Assembly (NCBI GenBank): GCA_022601395.1
Contig: JAJACS010000008.1
Location: 1,203-65,202, forward strand
Source of the DNA: Chlamydiia bacterium
GTDB lineage: Bacteria > Chlamydiota > Chlamydiia > Chlamydiales > GCA-2402025
Reading direction: 5' to 3'
DNA: 64,000 nt
The translations under genes and the position numbers were made by a program. This document shows, piece by piece, positions 20,014 through 29,190 of this stretch. Within the stretch, counting starts at the first letter, position 1; the number at the start of each line of letters is the position of its first letter. Under the pieces are notes generated by a model that was not told where the DNA came from, did not search any database, and saw only the letters and a program-made list of their open reading frames with translations.

Positions 20014-20618
20014 TGATAAAGACACTATTTTTTGATCTTGGCAATGTACTTATCGACTTTGATCACAATCTGATGTGGAAACAAGCAGCTGAGGCATGTG
20101 ATACATCTATAGCGCAGCTAAAAGATGTCATCATAAGCAACCACCTATGGACAAGGTATGAAACAGGAAACATCGATAAAAATGCTTTGCTCGAGGAGCT
20201 CGAGAAGCTCATTGAGAAGCCTCTAAACAAAGAGAAATTTCTGCACGCTGCCTCTGACATTTTTTTTGAAAATAAAAAGATGGTTGATCTTTTGAGAAGG
20301 CTCCACAAAATGCCTTTTGAAATTTTTCTTATCTCCAACACTTGCGATATTCATTTTGATCATATCAAAAAGAAATTTCCCATTTTCAACTTGTTTAATG
20401 GACTAATACTTTCATTTGAGGTAAGCATGAGAAAGCCGAGTATCGATATTTTTTCCTATGCCCTTGCTAAAACAGCATCAAAGCCGGAAGAGTGTCTTTT
20501 TATCGATGACCTCATAGAACACGTAGACGCTGCAAGCAGCCTAGGAATCAAAACGCACCTATTCAAAAACATCGAAAGTTTAAAAGAAGATATGCAGAAA
20601 ATGGGCATCGTACTTTAA
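20013..20618 (+). CDS. HAD-superfamily phosphatase (YihX-like)
   Basis: FFDLGNVL, LISNT, RKP...IF, LFIDD. Confidence 0.88.
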   Translation: MIKTLFFDLGNVLIDFDHNLMWKQAAEACDTSIAQLKDVIISNHLWTRYETGNIDKNALLEELEKLIEKPLNKEKFLHAASDIFFENKKMVDLLRRLHKMPFEIFLISNTCDIHFDHIKKKFPIFNLFNGLILSFEVSMRKPSIDIFSYALAKTASKPEECLFIDDLIEHVDAASSLGIKTHLFKNIESLKEDMQKMGIVL

Positions 20619-20647
20619 ACCTTAATGTGCTAAGATAGATACCAAAT

Positions 20648-22807
20648 ATGACAAGAAAAAATACGAAAAAAAAATCCACCTCTCATAAAGAGATTCCTGC
20701 CCTTAAAAAGAAGATTCTTAAATTCCTTACTAAACCTAACTACGAACCGGTATCCCAAGAAAAACTCTTCTCCCTATGCGGAATTTCAAAAAAATTACGA
20801 ACAGCTGCAGTAGATGCTATAACAGAGCTTCTAACAGAAGGAAGCATCGATATCAAAAAGAAAAAAATCTCCATTCCTACGAAAAAGAAGAAAATGAATG
20901 TGACAGGCACTATCTCTGTTCACCCAAGAGGCTTTGGATTTGTAACCCCTGAAGCGCAATATAAAATCGATGGTGATATTTTTATCCCCAAACCCTTCAT
21001 GAATGGTGCTATAGATAAAGATGTCGTTGAGATCGAGATTGTATCTAAAAAATTCTCCGACAAGGGGCCTGAAGGCGTTGTAAAAGAAATTATTGAAAGA
21101 ACAAGAAAAACAATAGTCGGCATCATTTTTGATAAGGAGAACGAATACTTCCTTGCCTATTCTCATATTCTGAAAGAGTCAAAAATTGTTCATGTAAAGC
21201 CTTTTAAAAAGACTTCCTTGAAGCTTGGCGATATTGTGATCCTAAAGGTAGAAGACTGGAGCTCCTACCCAAGAAAGCTTATAGCAAACGTTGAAAGCAT
21301 CCTAAGTCATATCAAAAAGCCTACATCGGACATAGAAACTGCCCTAATAGAACACGGACTTTCTGATACATTCCCACAGGGAGTGGTTAAAGAAGCTAAG
21401 AAATTCCCTATAGAGCCTACAAAGGAAGACTTGAAAGATCGTTTTGATCTTACAAAAGAAGAAACTTTCACAATCGACCCAGACACCGCAAAGGATTTTG
21501 ATGACGCTCTTTCTTTGAAAAAAGAAAAAAATGGTGATTTTCATCTCATCGTTCACATAGCCGATGTCTCACACTATGTAAAAAAAGGCTCCCTTCTTGA
21601 TGAAGAGGCCTACAAAAGAAGCAACTCGACATATTTTCCCGGAAAATGCATTCCCATGCTACCCGAGGAACTTTCTAACGGTCTCTGCTCTCTTAAAGAA
21701 AATGTCTTAAGGCTTACCGTTTCAGTCTTCATGCATTTTGATAGTAAAGGAAACATAAAAAATTACGACATTAGACGCTCTTATATAAAAAGTAATAAAC
21801 GCTTCACCTATAAGCAAGCCCTTAAAATCATCGAAGGCAAGTTAAAGAGTAAACACGAAAAGACCATTCTTTTGATGGTTGAGCTATGCAACCTTCTTCA
21901 GGGGATAAGAAACAAAAGAGGTTCTGTTGACCTCTCCCTACCTGAAGTAAGCCTTGTTATAGGAAAGAATCAAGACCCAAGCGGTGTTGAACTCATTGAA
22001 TATGACATTACTCACCAACTTGTTGAAGAGTTTATGCTAAAGGCTAATGAGATCGTTGCCCACTCTTTACTTGCAAGAAACTCACCTGCAATCTTCCGCG
22101 TCCATGACGCACCTTCAGATACCGATAGCGAAGAGTTTTACGCCTTAGCTCGAATGTTTGGTTTTAAGCTAAAAAAATCCCCTACTAAGCAAGAAGTACA
22201 AAAGCTCTTTGAAAGCGCCAAAAATTCAGAAAATCACTACCAACTTTGTATCGCATTCATAAGAAGTATGAAGCTTGCGATCTATTCAGAAGATAACGTT
22301 GGTCATTTTGGCCTTTGTCTAGAGCACTATACCCACTTCACAAGCCCAATTCGGCGCTATAGCGACCTTGTCATACATAGGCTTCTCTTTGAAGAATCCC
22401 TAGAGAAAAAGGACCTCAAAGAAATCGCAACGCACTGCTCTGATAAAGAAAGAGTCAGCTTTAGAGCGGAATCTTCTGTAATTCTCCTAAAGAAGCTCCG
22501 TCTTCTTAAGAAATATCTAAGTGATGATCCTGATAGGGAATACGAAGCTTTTGTTACAAAAGTCAAACATTTTGGATTCTACTTTGAGGTCTATCCTCTT
22601 ATGTTTGAAGGGTTCATTCACATCTCTGAAATTGGTCGAGACTACTTTCACTTCGACGATAAGAAAAATGCTCTCATCGGCAGAGCCACAAATCAGATCT
22701 ACAACCCTGGCAAAAGAATCAAAGTTCTATTAAAAGAAGTAGATTTTATCACTCATGAGAGTTTCTGGAAGCTGATTAATTCCCAAAAAAAGAAAAAGAA
22801 AAAATAG
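20648..22807 (+). CDS. rnr: Ribonuclease R
   Basis: HPRGFGFV cold-shock domain, TIDPDTAKDFDDA, VEEFMLKANE, HFTSPIRRYSDL, S1 domain and Lys-rich tail. Confidence 0.96.
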   Translation: MTRKNTKKKSTSHKEIPALKKKILKFLTKPNYEPVSQEKLFSLCGISKKLRTAAVDAITELLTEGSIDIKKKKISIPTKKKKMNVTGTISVHPRGFGFVTPEAQYKIDGDIFIPKPFMNGAIDKDVVEIEIVSKKFSDKGPEGVVKEIIERTRKTIVGIIFDKENEYFLAYSHILKESKIVHVKPFKKTSLKLGDIVILKVEDWSSYPRKLIANVESILSHIKKPTSDIETALIEHGLSDTFPQGVVKEAKKFPIEPTKEDLKDRFDLTKEETFTIDPDTAKDFDDALSLKKEKNGDFHLIVHIADVSHYVKKGSLLDEEAYKRSNSTYFPGKCIPMLPEELSNGLCSLKENVLRLTVSVFMHFDSKGNIKNYDIRRSYIKSNKRFTYKQALKIIEGKLKSKHEKTILLMVELCNLLQGIRNKRGSVDLSLPEVSLVIGKNQDPSGVELIEYDITHQLVEEFMLKANEIVAHSLLARNSPAIFRVHDAPSDTDSEEFYALARMFGFKLKKSPTKQEVQKLFESAKNSENHYQLCIAFIRSMKLAIYSEDNVGHFGLCLEHYTHFTSPIRRYSDLVIHRLLFEESLEKKDLKEIATHCSDKERVSFRAESSVILLKKLRLLKKYLSDDPDREYEAFVTKVKHFGFYFEVYPLMFEGFIHISEIGRDYFHFDDKKNALIGRATNQIYNPGKRIKVLLKEVDFITHESFWKLINSQKKKKKK

Positions 22808-22886
22808 AAGTTTTTACAATTGTGTAAAGTTGATATAGTGTTGATTGCACTTTCAACCAAATTTCCACCGTGTAGAGGCAGTATTC

Positions 22887-23552
22887 ATGAGAAAGTATTT
22901 CATAACAGGTCTTGTTATCCTTCTTCCTCTTGCAGTAACGATTGCGATCGTAATCTTCATTGTAAATTTTTTGACTAATCCTTTTATTGGGATGGTCTCA
23001 CATTTTTTGAGCAATTTTCCAAAAATCAATCGTGATTTTCTGTTTTTGAAGCCCGAACAAGTGGTTCGCTATGGAAGCCAACTTCTGATTTTGCTTTGTA
23101 TTTTCCTATTTACTGTGATTCTGGGCATGATCGCAAGATGGTTCTTCTTTAAGTCTTTGATCTCAATAAGCGATCGAATGCTTCACAGAATTCCTATCGT
23201 TAACAAAGTTTATAAGACAACTCAAGAGATCATTAAAACGATTTTTGTCACTGATAAGAGCTCTTTCAAGCAAGTCGTGATGGTTCCGTTTCCAAATACT
23301 GACTCCTACGTAATCGGACTGATTTCTAGAGATGCTCCGAATGTATGCTCTACTTCGACCTCTAAAGACCTTGTCTCAATATTAATACCAACAACACCGA
23401 ACCCTACTACGGGTTTTCTACTCATGTACGATAGAAGCAGTCTTATCTTCCTAGATATGAAACCGGAAGAGGCGATCAAGTATATCGTATCATGTGGTGT
23501 GATTACCCCTGAGCACCCAGAAATTAATGCGGAACCTCAAAAGGAATCATGA
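22887..23552 (+). CDS. DUF502 family membrane protein (copy 1)
   Basis: KYFITGLVILLPLAVT, RIPIVNKVY, IPTTPNPTTGFL, EEAIKYIVSCG. Start moved to ATG 22887. Confidence 0.9.
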   Translation: MRKYFITGLVILLPLAVTIAIVIFIVNFLTNPFIGMVSHFLSNFPKINRDFLFLKPEQVVRYGSQLLILLCIFLFTVILGMIARWFFFKSLISISDRMLHRIPIVNKVYKTTQEIIKTIFVTDKSSFKQVVMVPFPNTDSYVIGLISRDAPNVCSTSTSKDLVSILIPTTPNPTTGFLLMYDRSSLIFLDMKPEEAIKYIVSCGVITPEHPEINAEPQKES

Positions 23553-24211
23553 AAAAATACTTTGTTACAGGTCTTGTAATTCTGCTTCCTATAGCGGTAA
23601 CTGTATTCATCCTGCTATTTTTGATTGATTTGTTCACAGCACCCTTTTTTGGTATTGTTCACCGCGTACTTCTTTTTGTCGGGCAAAACGTTGCTTACTT
23701 GCAAAAACACCAAGCTCTTCTTCTTTTTACTTCAAGGCTGATCGTTCTTGTATTTTTGTTTTTTATCATCATTATTCTTGGGTACCTAGGAACGAAGTTT
23801 TTCTCAAACTTCCTTCAGAATACCTTCCATAAAATCATGATGAAAATCCCTTTTGTCAAAAAGATCTATAAAATCGTAAGGGACATTACAAAAACATTTT
23901 TCGCAGACAAAGATAAAATGTTCGAAGCTACAGTCGTGGTTCCCTTCCCCCATGCCAATACATACGCTCTAGGACTTCAGTCAGCAGATGCACCAAAAGA
24001 AGCACAAAAGAAAGGTGAACACCTCAAGATCAATGGGTGTAAATCTGTCTTCATACCAACCTCTCCACATCCAATCTCTGGATTCCTTGTAATGATGAAT
24101 GAAGATATGATCAAAAAGACCGATATTACGACAGAAGAAGCCTTTAAATTCCTAATCTCCGCTGGAACGTTTAAACCAGAAGACAAAAAAGATGAGCACC
24201 CCAAAAACTAA
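23549..24211 (+). CDS. DUF502 family membrane protein (copy 2, tandem paralog)
   Basis: KYFVTGLVILLPIAVT, KIPFVKKIY, IPTSPHPISGFL, EEAFKFLISAG. Confidence 0.9.
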   Translation: MKKYFVTGLVILLPIAVTVFILLFLIDLFTAPFFGIVHRVLLFVGQNVAYLQKHQALLLFTSRLIVLVFLFFIIIILGYLGTKFFSNFLQNTFHKIMMKIPFVKKIYKIVRDITKTFFADKDKMFEATVVVPFPHANTYALGLQSADAPKEAQKKGEHLKINGCKSVFIPTSPHPISGFLVMMNEDMIKKTDITTEEAFKFLISAGTFKPEDKKDEHPKN

Positions 24212-24623
24212 AGTCATCTTATTTCAAGTAAGCAGTCCTCAAGAGAAGATCAAAAAAATTGTTGAGGTTGCAAGTAAGCATGCAAGCGAAAAACATCCTC
24301 TTGTCATCATGACAGCATCAAAGAAAGCGGCTGACTATATTGACAATCTTCTTTGGAGCGCCCCTAAGATGAGCTTCCTCCCTCACAAAGTTGTCAAAGA
24401 AAACTACGCTAAACACATCGAATACGTCTATATAAGCTACGATCAGTCTGCCCTATGTGACAGCAGAGCCATCTTCAACCTAAGAGATGACGTCCCCTCT
24501 TCAATGGATTCCTTTACAACAATCTATGATTTCGAGGACCATACTAGCGAACAGAAGAAGATTTTTTTTGAAAAACGCTATAAAAGTTATTTAGATGCCA
24601 AGGTTCACCTTATTTCCCTATAA
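24192..24623 (+). CDS. holC: DNA polymerase III chi subunit (HolC)-like protein
   Basis: A..ID.LLW......FLPH motif, and the C-terminal R Y K.Y pattern. Confidence 0.75.
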   Translation: MSTPKTKVILFQVSSPQEKIKKIVEVASKHASEKHPLVIMTASKKAADYIDNLLWSAPKMSFLPHKVVKENYAKHIEYVYISYDQSALCDSRAIFNLRDDVPSSMDSFTTIYDFEDHTSEQKKIFFEKRYKSYLDAKVHLISL

Positions 24624-24629
24624 AAGTCC

Positions 24630-24658
24630 TTGAACCTTTCTTACCCTCTCCTTATACT
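24630..24658 (+). promoter_or_regulatory. Sigma66/70-type promoter of the small-basic-protein/ybeY operon
   Basis: TTGAAC-17 nt-TATACT, followed by an AAGGAG SD. Confidence 0.65.
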
Positions 24659-24682
24659 TTATTATTCAAAAGGAGTTCTTTT

Positions 24683-24856
24683 ATGACTAGAATGAGTAAA
24701 CAAGAAAAAAGACGTCACGTCTACAAGAAAAAGAAGCATTACCCTGCTGAAAAAACTGGAAGCCTAAAAGACAATCTATCTTTAGGCTATAAAGAACACA
24801 CGAACGCACTTGCAGAAAAAGCGAATACGTCCGTTTTCATTGGAAAAGTTAAATAG
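24683..24856 (+). CDS. Small basic protein, 57 aa (resembles C. trachomatis CT421.1)
   Basis: Not in the ORF track. MTRMSKQEKRRHVYKKKKHYP...YKEHTNALAEKANTSVFIGKVK with a strong AAGGAG SD. MTRMSKQ and HTNAL recall the chlamydial CT421.1 family. Confidence 0.8.
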   Translation: MTRMSKQEKRRHVYKKKKHYPAEKTGSLKDNLSLGYKEHTNALAEKANTSVFIGKVK

Positions 24857-24873
24857 TTAAGGAAAAGTAAATT

Positions 24874-25035
24874 ATGTCAAGACATCCTAGTTATGGTAAG
24901 TCCAGTAAGGGCGGAAAGAAACGTAATGTTCTAAAGCGATTTGAGCGCATCGATGCTCTTAGAAAGCTTGGTAAATGGGACGATGAGAAAGACAAAAAAG
25001 TCACGAATCTCCCTAAAACACTAGTATCTAAGTAG
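24874..25035 (+). CDS. PVC-superphylum signature small basic protein (CT421.2-like), 53 aa
   Basis: Not in the ORF track. MSRHPSYGKSSKGGKKRNVLKRFERIDALRKLGKWDDEKDKKVTNLPKTLVSK has the S.H.S, RNVLKR.ERI, G.W and LPK signature. Confidence 0.93.
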   Translation: MSRHPSYGKSSKGGKKRNVLKRFERIDALRKLGKWDDEKDKKVTNLPKTLVSK

Positions 25036-25044
25036 GTCCTCCCG

Positions 25045-25533
25045 GTGTTTGTTCATTTTACAAACTCCGAAGATCGCTTCGAAGTTTCACAAAAGCAAAT
25101 CGAACGTGTCGTAACAGCGACTCTTAAATTCAAGGGAGTTACATGCGACGACACTAGTATTTACTTTGTTACAGCTGAGGAAATTTCGAAGCTTCATAAA
25201 GAATACTTCAACGACCCTACACCAACAGATTGCATCACCTTCCCAATGGATCCTGCTGATGAAGAAACTGAGCAGAAGATCCTTGGGGAAGTATTTGTAT
25301 GCCCAGAGGTTGCCTTCGCCTACTCTCAAGAGAATGCTCTTGATTTTAACGAAGAGCTTACCCTCTATATCGTTCACGGGCTGCTTCATCTTCTTGGTTT
25401 CGATGATATTGAAGAAGAAGACCGCATCCTCATGCGAAAAGAAGAGAAAGAATGTATGGACCACCTTCTCTCTAATCGCCTCATCTTAAGCCCGGAAATT
25501 AAAAAACCCTATATCTGCGAACTATCAGAATGA
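25045..25533 (+). CDS. ybeY: rRNA maturation endoribonuclease YbeY
   Basis: PTDCITFP, LGEVFVC, VHGLLHLLGFDD; GTG start. Confidence 0.93.
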   Translation: MFVHFTNSEDRFEVSQKQIERVVTATLKFKGVTCDDTSIYFVTAEEISKLHKEYFNDPTPTDCITFPMDPADEETEQKILGEVFVCPEVAFAYSQENALDFNEELTLYIVHGLLHLLGFDDIEEEDRILMRKEEKECMDHLLSNRLILSPEIKKPYICELSE

Positions 25534-25597
25534 GCTTTTTAGATTGATCTTATCTATCAAAATGCTTATCTATTGGCTATAGAGGTGTGGTGTAACC

Positions 25598-26932
25598 ATG
25601 ACGTTTGAAAGCTTACTTCTTCCATTGATCTTTATCATAGGTTCTACTTGTTTTACCGCAGCCTCCAAGGCGATGAACTCCCTTGGTAAGATCCAACTCA
25701 AGAAAGAGTTCCGAAACCGGCCAAAGCTCTTCTACTTCTACTATTTCACAAGAAACCTCTTTCCAAAAGATGGCTGGAATAATCTTACTTTCTTAAATGG
25801 CTCTACTAAGCAGATCACAAGAATCATCTATGCGACAACATTTATTTTTTACCTACTATCCTACGGGTTTTTCTCAACAGCTTTTGAAAAAGTGCAGGGC
25901 CACTACACACTAAACCCTTCCATCTTTACTCTTATTGTCGCAATTATCGTCTTTATTGGTCTCTTTTTTGATTTTTTTGGTAATCTCTTCGGCGTTTACC
26001 ATCCAAAGGCAGCTCTTAAAACCACTTACCCTATTGCTACTTTGTTTTTGGTCCTTTTTTGCCCAATTACCTTTTTGCTCTTAAAAATACAAAGATCCAT
26101 CTTAGAAAATAGCAAGCAGGCAAAAGCAACTAGATCCTCATACAGGGTAAAAGAAAAAATCTTAGAACTCGTTCTGGAGTCTGAGCTACAAAATGAGCTA
26201 GACCTGCAAGATAAAAAGCTTATTGTCTCTGTCGCTTCTTTTAGAGACCGCATAGCAAGAGAGATCATGGTTCCAAGAATCGATGTTCACTCTCTACCCT
26301 CTAATTCTACGCTCAAGGAGGCATCTGAGAGCTTCAGCAAAGAAGGGTATAGTAGAATCCCTATATACAAAGGATCTGTAGATAACATCATTGGGGTGCT
26401 CAACTACAAAGATCTACTCAATTACATCATGCAAAACAAACAAGAAGTCCTTACCGAGAACACCATCGAAGGGTTACTTAAGCCTATTGTCTATGCTCCA
26501 GAGACAAAGAAGATTTCTCACCTTCTTCAGGAGTTTAGAAGTAAACAGATCCACATAGCAATTGTAGTGGATGAATATGGTGGTACAGAAGGAATCCTCA
26601 CAATCGAAGATATTTTGGAAGAGCTTGTTGGAGAAATCGCTGACGAGTATGACAATTTGCAAGATGAGCTTCTTTTTAAATCCCATCCGCAGGGCGGTTG
26701 GATCGTTGATGCTAAAATGAATATCATTGATATTGAAAAGGAACTCAGCATCCTAATTCCACAAAGCCCAGAGTACGACACACTCGGTGGTTATGTATTC
26801 CATAGAGCTGGTGCAATACCAACAAGAGGTTGGAGAATACACCATGAAAATTTCGATTTAGAAATTATCAAATCCTCTGAACGTTCCGTTGAAAAAATCC
26901 GCATCATCCCTGCAGAGAAACAAGAACTTTAA
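25598..26932 (+). CDS. Hemolysin/CorC-family CBS-domain membrane protein
   Basis: N-terminal TMs, [47 protein letters not shown], CorC C-terminus (YDTLGG). Confidence 0.92.
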   Translation: MTFESLLLPLIFIIGSTCFTAASKAMNSLGKIQLKKEFRNRPKLFYFYYFTRNLFPKDGWNNLTFLNGSTKQITRIIYATTFIFYLLSYGFFSTAFEKVQGHYTLNPSIFTLIVAIIVFIGLFFDFFGNLFGVYHPKAALKTTYPIATLFLVLFCPITFLLLKIQRSILENSKQAKATRSSYRVKEKILELVLESELQNELDLQDKKLIVSVASFRDRIAREIMVPRIDVHSLPSNSTLKEASESFSKEGYSRIPIYKGSVDNIIGVLNYKDLLNYIMQNKQEVLTENTIEGLLKPIVYAPETKKISHLLQEFRSKQIHIAIVVDEYGGTEGILTIEDILEELVGEIADEYDNLQDELLFKSHPQGGWIVDAKMNIIDIEKELSILIPQSPEYDTLGGYVFHRAGAIPTRGWRIHHENFDLEIIKSSERSVEKIRIIPAEKQEL

Positions 26933-27012
26933 AAGTAGTAGTTTCTCTTGAAAAAGAATCACTTTTTGGTGCATGATAGATGCATTATACTTATGTAATG
27001 GGGTTATTTACT

Positions 27013-28926
27013 ATGCGTCGATCTATTTGTTATTCGGAACCGAAAATTGCACTCGCTGGGCAGCCATCTCCCATGAGGTTCACATACTCCCCTGCAAGCA
27101 ATCTTCCAAAGGGAACAAGACTTAAGTTTGATCCTTTATCAAGAGGCAGAGAAATCGATTGGGAAATCCCAAGCGCAAATGCAAAAAGTAAAACATCTGG
27201 TATTTGGTTACTTTCTCCGACTGGAACAAAGGTTCTTGGAAAGGCTGTGCAAGGCAAGAGCCTTGTATGCCCTCAGTTTGAATTCGTACTCCCTCAAGAA
27301 GTAAAAGCTGGCGAAGAGTTTTCTATCGAATTAAACGGCATTGAGAACAACGAAACAGCTCCAAAAGCACAACATCACGTACAAAGAAGACGACCTTTCT
27401 ATCTTTACATCGACACAAAAGGAAAAGGAGACTACAAAGATCCTGAAATCTTCAGTATTGATGTAAGAGGGTCAAGCCTTGATAATATCCGCGTAATCGC
27501 ACCTTCTATGGTAAGTAAAAACGAGCGCTTTGATATTGTCGTTCGATTTGAAGATCAGTTTGGTAACCTAACAGCGAATGCAGAAGAAGGCACTCTTATA
27601 GAGCTTTCTTATGACCAGCTTAGAGAAAACCTAAACTGGAAGCTCTTTGTTCCTGAAACAGGATTTATCAACCTTCCAAACCTCTATTTTAACGAAACTG
27701 GCATCTACCGTATCAAGCTTCTGAACACCATGACCAATCAAGTGTTCTACTCTTGCCCAATACAGTGTATCGACTCGCATGATAACAGAAGTATCTACTG
27801 GGGAACTTTCCACGGTGAATCTGAAAGATTCGATGCATCGAATCAAATTGAATCTTGCCTAAGACATTTTAGAGATGACTATGCGTACCATTTCTATGGC
27901 ACATCTGCTTTCGAAAATGAAAAAGAAACATCTCCTGATGTCTGGAAAAATGTTACCCTGCAAGTATCAGAGTTCAACGAAGAAGATCGTTTTGTAACAT
28001 TCCTTGGTATGCAGTGGTTCAATGATGCGAAAGACGAAGGCCTTAGACAGCTCTTCTTCTCAAAAGATAACAAGCCTATTCTACGAAAAAAAGATGCAAA
28101 ATCCAATAATCTGAGAAAAATTTACAAGTCCCATTCTCCAAAAGATTTAATAGCTATCCCATCTTTCACTATGGCAAAAGGCTTTGGCTATAACTTTGAT
28201 GAATTCACACCAGAATACGAGCCTGTTGTAGAGATCTACAACTCCTGGGGATCATCTGAGTGCCTTAAGAAAGAAGGAAACTTAAAACCAATTACTGGTG
28301 GCGGCAAAGGCGTTGAAGAGTATGCCGACGGCTCTATAAGAAAAGCTCTAAATGCGGGTCATAAATTTGGCTTTGTAGCTGGAGGACTAGACGATAGAGG
28401 TATTTTTAATGGGTTTTATAACTCTTCTCAGGTGCAGTACACACCAGGTCTTACAGCAGTGATTGCACAAACACAGTCAAGAGAGTCTCTTTTCCAAGCT
28501 TTAAGAGACCGTAAGTGTTATGCGACAACAGGTGGTAGGATGATTGTAAACCTAGAGATCGCATCTCAAGGTATCGGAAGTATCATCTCTACAAAAGCAA
28601 AACCAGGCCTTATGTATAACCGCTACATCTCTGGATCTGTTATTGGCACATGCCCAATCACAAAGATAGAGATTTTTAGAAATGGAAATCTAGCAAAAGA
28701 GTTCACTCCAAGTGAGAATTCTTTCGAATTTGAATTTGATGAGATGACACCTCTTGAAGACGACCTACTAAAACCTTCGAAGGAACATACACCTTTCACT
28801 TATTACTACATTAGAGCTCAACAAGAAGATGGGCACGTTGCTTGGGGATCCCCTATTTGGATCGAGGTAACACCAGCATCTTCTGAAAGCAGCAATGGAA
28901 GCGCTAAGAAAACTTCGAAAAAGTAG
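27013..28926 (+). CDS. Conserved chlamydial DUF3604 / PHP-like protein (CT425-like)
   Basis: MRRSICY start, WG..HGESER, VEIYNSWGSSE, GF.AGG.DDRG, R.CYATTG, YYYIRA.QEDG..AW.SPIW. Confidence 0.8.
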   Translation: MRRSICYSEPKIALAGQPSPMRFTYSPASNLPKGTRLKFDPLSRGREIDWEIPSANAKSKTSGIWLLSPTGTKVLGKAVQGKSLVCPQFEFVLPQEVKAGEEFSIELNGIENNETAPKAQHHVQRRRPFYLYIDTKGKGDYKDPEIFSIDVRGSSLDNIRVIAPSMVSKNERFDIVVRFEDQFGNLTANAEEGTLIELSYDQLRENLNWKLFVPETGFINLPNLYFNETGIYRIKLLNTMTNQVFYSCPIQCIDSHDNRSIYWGTFHGESERFDASNQIESCLRHFRDDYAYHFYGTSAFENEKETSPDVWKNVTLQVSEFNEEDRFVTFLGMQWFNDAKDEGLRQLFFSKDNKPILRKKDAKSNNLRKIYKSHSPKDLIAIPSFTMAKGFGYNFDEFTPEYEPVVEIYNSWGSSECLKKEGNLKPITGGGKGVEEYADGSIRKALNAGHKFGFVAGGLDDRGIFNGFYNSSQVQYTPGLTAVIAQTQSRESLFQALRDRKCYATTGGRMIVNLEIASQGIGSIISTKAKPGLMYNRYISGSVIGTCPITKIEIFRNGNLAKEFTPSENSFEFEFDEMTPLEDDLLKPSKEHTPFTYYYIRAQQEDGHVAWGSPIWIEVTPASSESSNGSAKKTSKK

Positions 28927-28931
28927 TAGCT

Positions 28932-29123
28932 ATGTCTACTTTTACACTTACAATCATTCTTGCAACAGTTGCACTCATACTATGCGCTATAGGTCTTGCT
29001 ATTGGTAAAATTCTTACTGGCAAAGATAAGTTTAGCTGCAAAAGATGCGGCAAGCCCGAAGAGAAAAAAGATTGCAGTCTTTGTAAAAAGAAGTGTTCTA
29101 AGAAAAAAGAAACATTGCCGTAA
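28932..29123 (+). CDS. Small single-TM protein with a Cys/Lys-rich tail (NqrM/DUF539- or FeoB-associated-like)
   Basis: N-terminal TM, then SCKRC...CSLC...C; followed by a terminator. Confidence 0.7.
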   Translation: MSTFTLTIILATVALILCAIGLAIGKILTGKDKFSCKRCGKPEEKKDCSLCKKKCSKKKETLP

Positions 29124-29137
29124 ACAGTTTTGGACAT

Positions 29138-29168
29138 AAAAAAAGCTCTCTTAAAAAGAGAGCTTTTT
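29138..29168. terminator. Bidirectional intrinsic terminator
   Basis: AAAAAGCTCTCTT-AAA-AAGAGAGCTTTTT between convergent genes. Confidence 0.85.
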
Positions 29169-29190
29169 AGAAATGTATAAGAAACCTGTA

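Noticed and set aside
22780-22807. Poly-Lys C-terminus of RNase R as an NLS
   Set aside because: Basic tails are a normal feature of RNase R.
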